Shown here piece by piece: positions 62,035-64,000 of a stretch of 64,000 bases of DNA. Under the pieces are notes generated by a model that did not search any database, was not told where the DNA came from, and saw only the letters and a list, made by a program, of their open reading frames with translations. The position numbers and the translations under genes were made by a program. Source of the DNA: Acidobacteriota bacterium (GTDB lineage: Bacteria; Acidobacteriota; Thermoanaerobaculia; Multivoradales; Multivoraceae); NCBI GenBank assembly GCA_028877275.1, contig JAPPFP010000030.1:19402-83401 (forward strand), written 5' to 3'. How positions within the stretch are numbered: the stretch's first letter is position 1; each line of letters begins with the position of its first letter.

Positions 62035-63134
62035 TCCTCTTCACCCCCGCCGGCCGCCGGCGCCAGACGCTCCGCCTCCCGGCTGTCGCCGAGCAGCACG
62101 GCCACCCAGCGGAACTCCTCCGTGTTCTCGAGCAGGATCTTGACCACCATCGTCAGCGGCACCGACAGCAGCATCCCGACCGGTCCCCACACCCAGCCCC
62201 AGAAGACGAGGGACAGGACGACCACCAGGGCGGAGAGGCCGAGCCGCCGCCCCAGGAGCGGCGGTTCGATGAAGTTGCCGATCACCATGTTGACGACCAG
62301 GTAGCCCAGGGCGACGAGCAACGCGCGGCCGACGCCGATCTGGACCATGGCCAGGAGCGTCGTCGGCACCGCCGCGATGATCGAACCGAGGTTCGGGATG
62401 AAGTTGAGGACGAAGGCCACCAGACCCCAGAAGACCGCGAACTCAACGCCCAGCACGCCGACCCAGATGCCGATCAACAGGCCCGTGGCCAGGCTGATCA
62501 CCGTCTTGATCCCCATGTAGTGCTGGATATCGTGCATGGCGCGGGCGAAGCGCGCCTCGGCGCCGGCGCTGCCGAAGGCCGCGCGGACCTTGGGGCCGAA
62601 GGTCGCCGCCTCGAAGAGGGTGAAGATGACGATCAGCGAGATGACGAGGAACGAAGACAGGGCGGCCGTCGTCGCCCGCAGCGTGCGGTTCACGAAGTCG
62701 ACCAGGAAGCCCGGCTCGAAACGCGAGAACAACGCAAGCGGCAGGGAGTCGTCGCCCGCCAGCCCGCTGGCGACGGGCACTCCCCGGGCCTCCAGCCACT
62801 CGCCGCCGTCTTCGATCCACTCCGTGAGCGTGGACTGGATCTCGCCCATCTCGCCCGCGACCTGGTTCGCGGTGGAACCGACCAGATAGCCGACCAGGGC
62901 GAGCACCAAGAGGTCCATCAGGATCGTGCCGAGAACGGCGACGATCATCGGCAGGCGCTGCTGCAGCCAGGTCAGGACGGGCAGGCTGATCGCGGCGATG
63001 AAGACCGCGACCAGGAAAGGGATCATGATCGACGACGCGGCTCGCAGCCCGGCGACCAGGACGACGACGCAGGCCGCGACCAGCAGCAGGCGCATCGGCG
63101 TTCCGATGTCTCTTCGCTGGTCGTCCTGAGTCAT
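62031..63134 (-). CDS. AI-2E family transporter (PerM/UPF0118)
   Basis: 367 aa with about 8 TM segments. FIPNLGSIIAAVPT and NFIEPPLLGRRLGLSALVVVLSLVFWGWVWGPVGMLLSVPLT. Confidence 0.85.
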   Translation of the reverse strand: MTQDDQRRDIGTPMRLLLVAACVVVLVAGLRAASSIMIPFLVAVFIAAISLPVLTWLQQRLPMIVAVLGTILMDLLVLALVGYLVGSTANQVAGEMGEIQSTLTEWIEDGGEWLEARGVPVASGLAGDDSLPLALFSRFEPGFLVDFVNRTLRATTAALSSFLVISLIVIFTLFEAATFGPKVRAAFGSAGAEARFARAMHDIQHYMGIKTVISLATGLLIGIWVGVLGVEFAVFWGLVAFVLNFIPNLGSIIAAVPTTLLAMVQIGVGRALLVALGYLVVNMVIGNFIEPPLLGRRLGLSALVVVLSLVFWGWVWGPVGMLLSVPLTMVVKILLENTEEFRWVAVLLGDSREAERLAPAAGGGEEE

Positions 63135-63137
63135 GGT

Positions 63138-64000
<863 letters not shown>

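Overview
High-GC (roughly 70% by eye) chromosomal window from a diderm-type bacterium, shown by KDO biosynthesis, LolA and TatAC genes. It is densely packed with housekeeping operons, mostly on the minus strand. Left to right: a RES/Xre toxin-antitoxin pair cut by the window edge, an orphan sigma-54 enhancer-binding response regulator, pdxJ, glmM-cdaR-cdaA (c-di-AMP), ftsH, tilS, tRNA-CAT, an ArsR regulator, an ECF sigma factor, rpmG, tRNA-Asp, tRNA-Val, sodA, an S41 C-terminal protease, tatC-tatA, kdsC-kdsD-kdsA-pyrG-kdsB, lolA-purH and tRNA-Phe. Next come a ToxR-like regulator, aat, ychF, a cell-envelope-type accessory block (SGNH/dockerin esterase, secreted hypotheticals, alkaline-phosphatase-superfamily enzymes, an SDR, a GT-C glycosyltransferase, a DUF4910 aminopeptidase-like protein), purA and tRNA-Lys. 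The right third holds DUF3604, a serine hydrolase, an arylsulfatase, a PQQ dehydrogenase with a heme-c motif, an AAA+ ATPase, an esterase, tkt, a full SUF operon (Rrf2 regulator-sufBCDSUT) with a coupled DUF442 phosphatase, a steroid-5-alpha-reductase-like protein, an FGE-family protein, an AI-2E transporter and the 3' part of acs. No CRISPR array, transposase, integrase or rRNA was seen. The most interesting feature is a 1.29 kb coding-free gap just downstream of tRNA-Phe. It has its own sigma70-like promoter, a 5'/3' closing helix followed by a U-run, many plus-strand GNRA/UNCG-capped hairpins and internally repeated motifs. I interpret it as a candidate ~0.78 kb ornate structured non-coding RNA of unknown family. 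Other structure not explained by genes: a REP-like family of intergenic hairpins with an AGAA loop and compensatory stem changes (at least 9 copies), and a perfect 27-bp inverted repeat between tatC and the S41 protease gene. All protein calls rest on reading the supplied translations for family motifs. No database search was possible.
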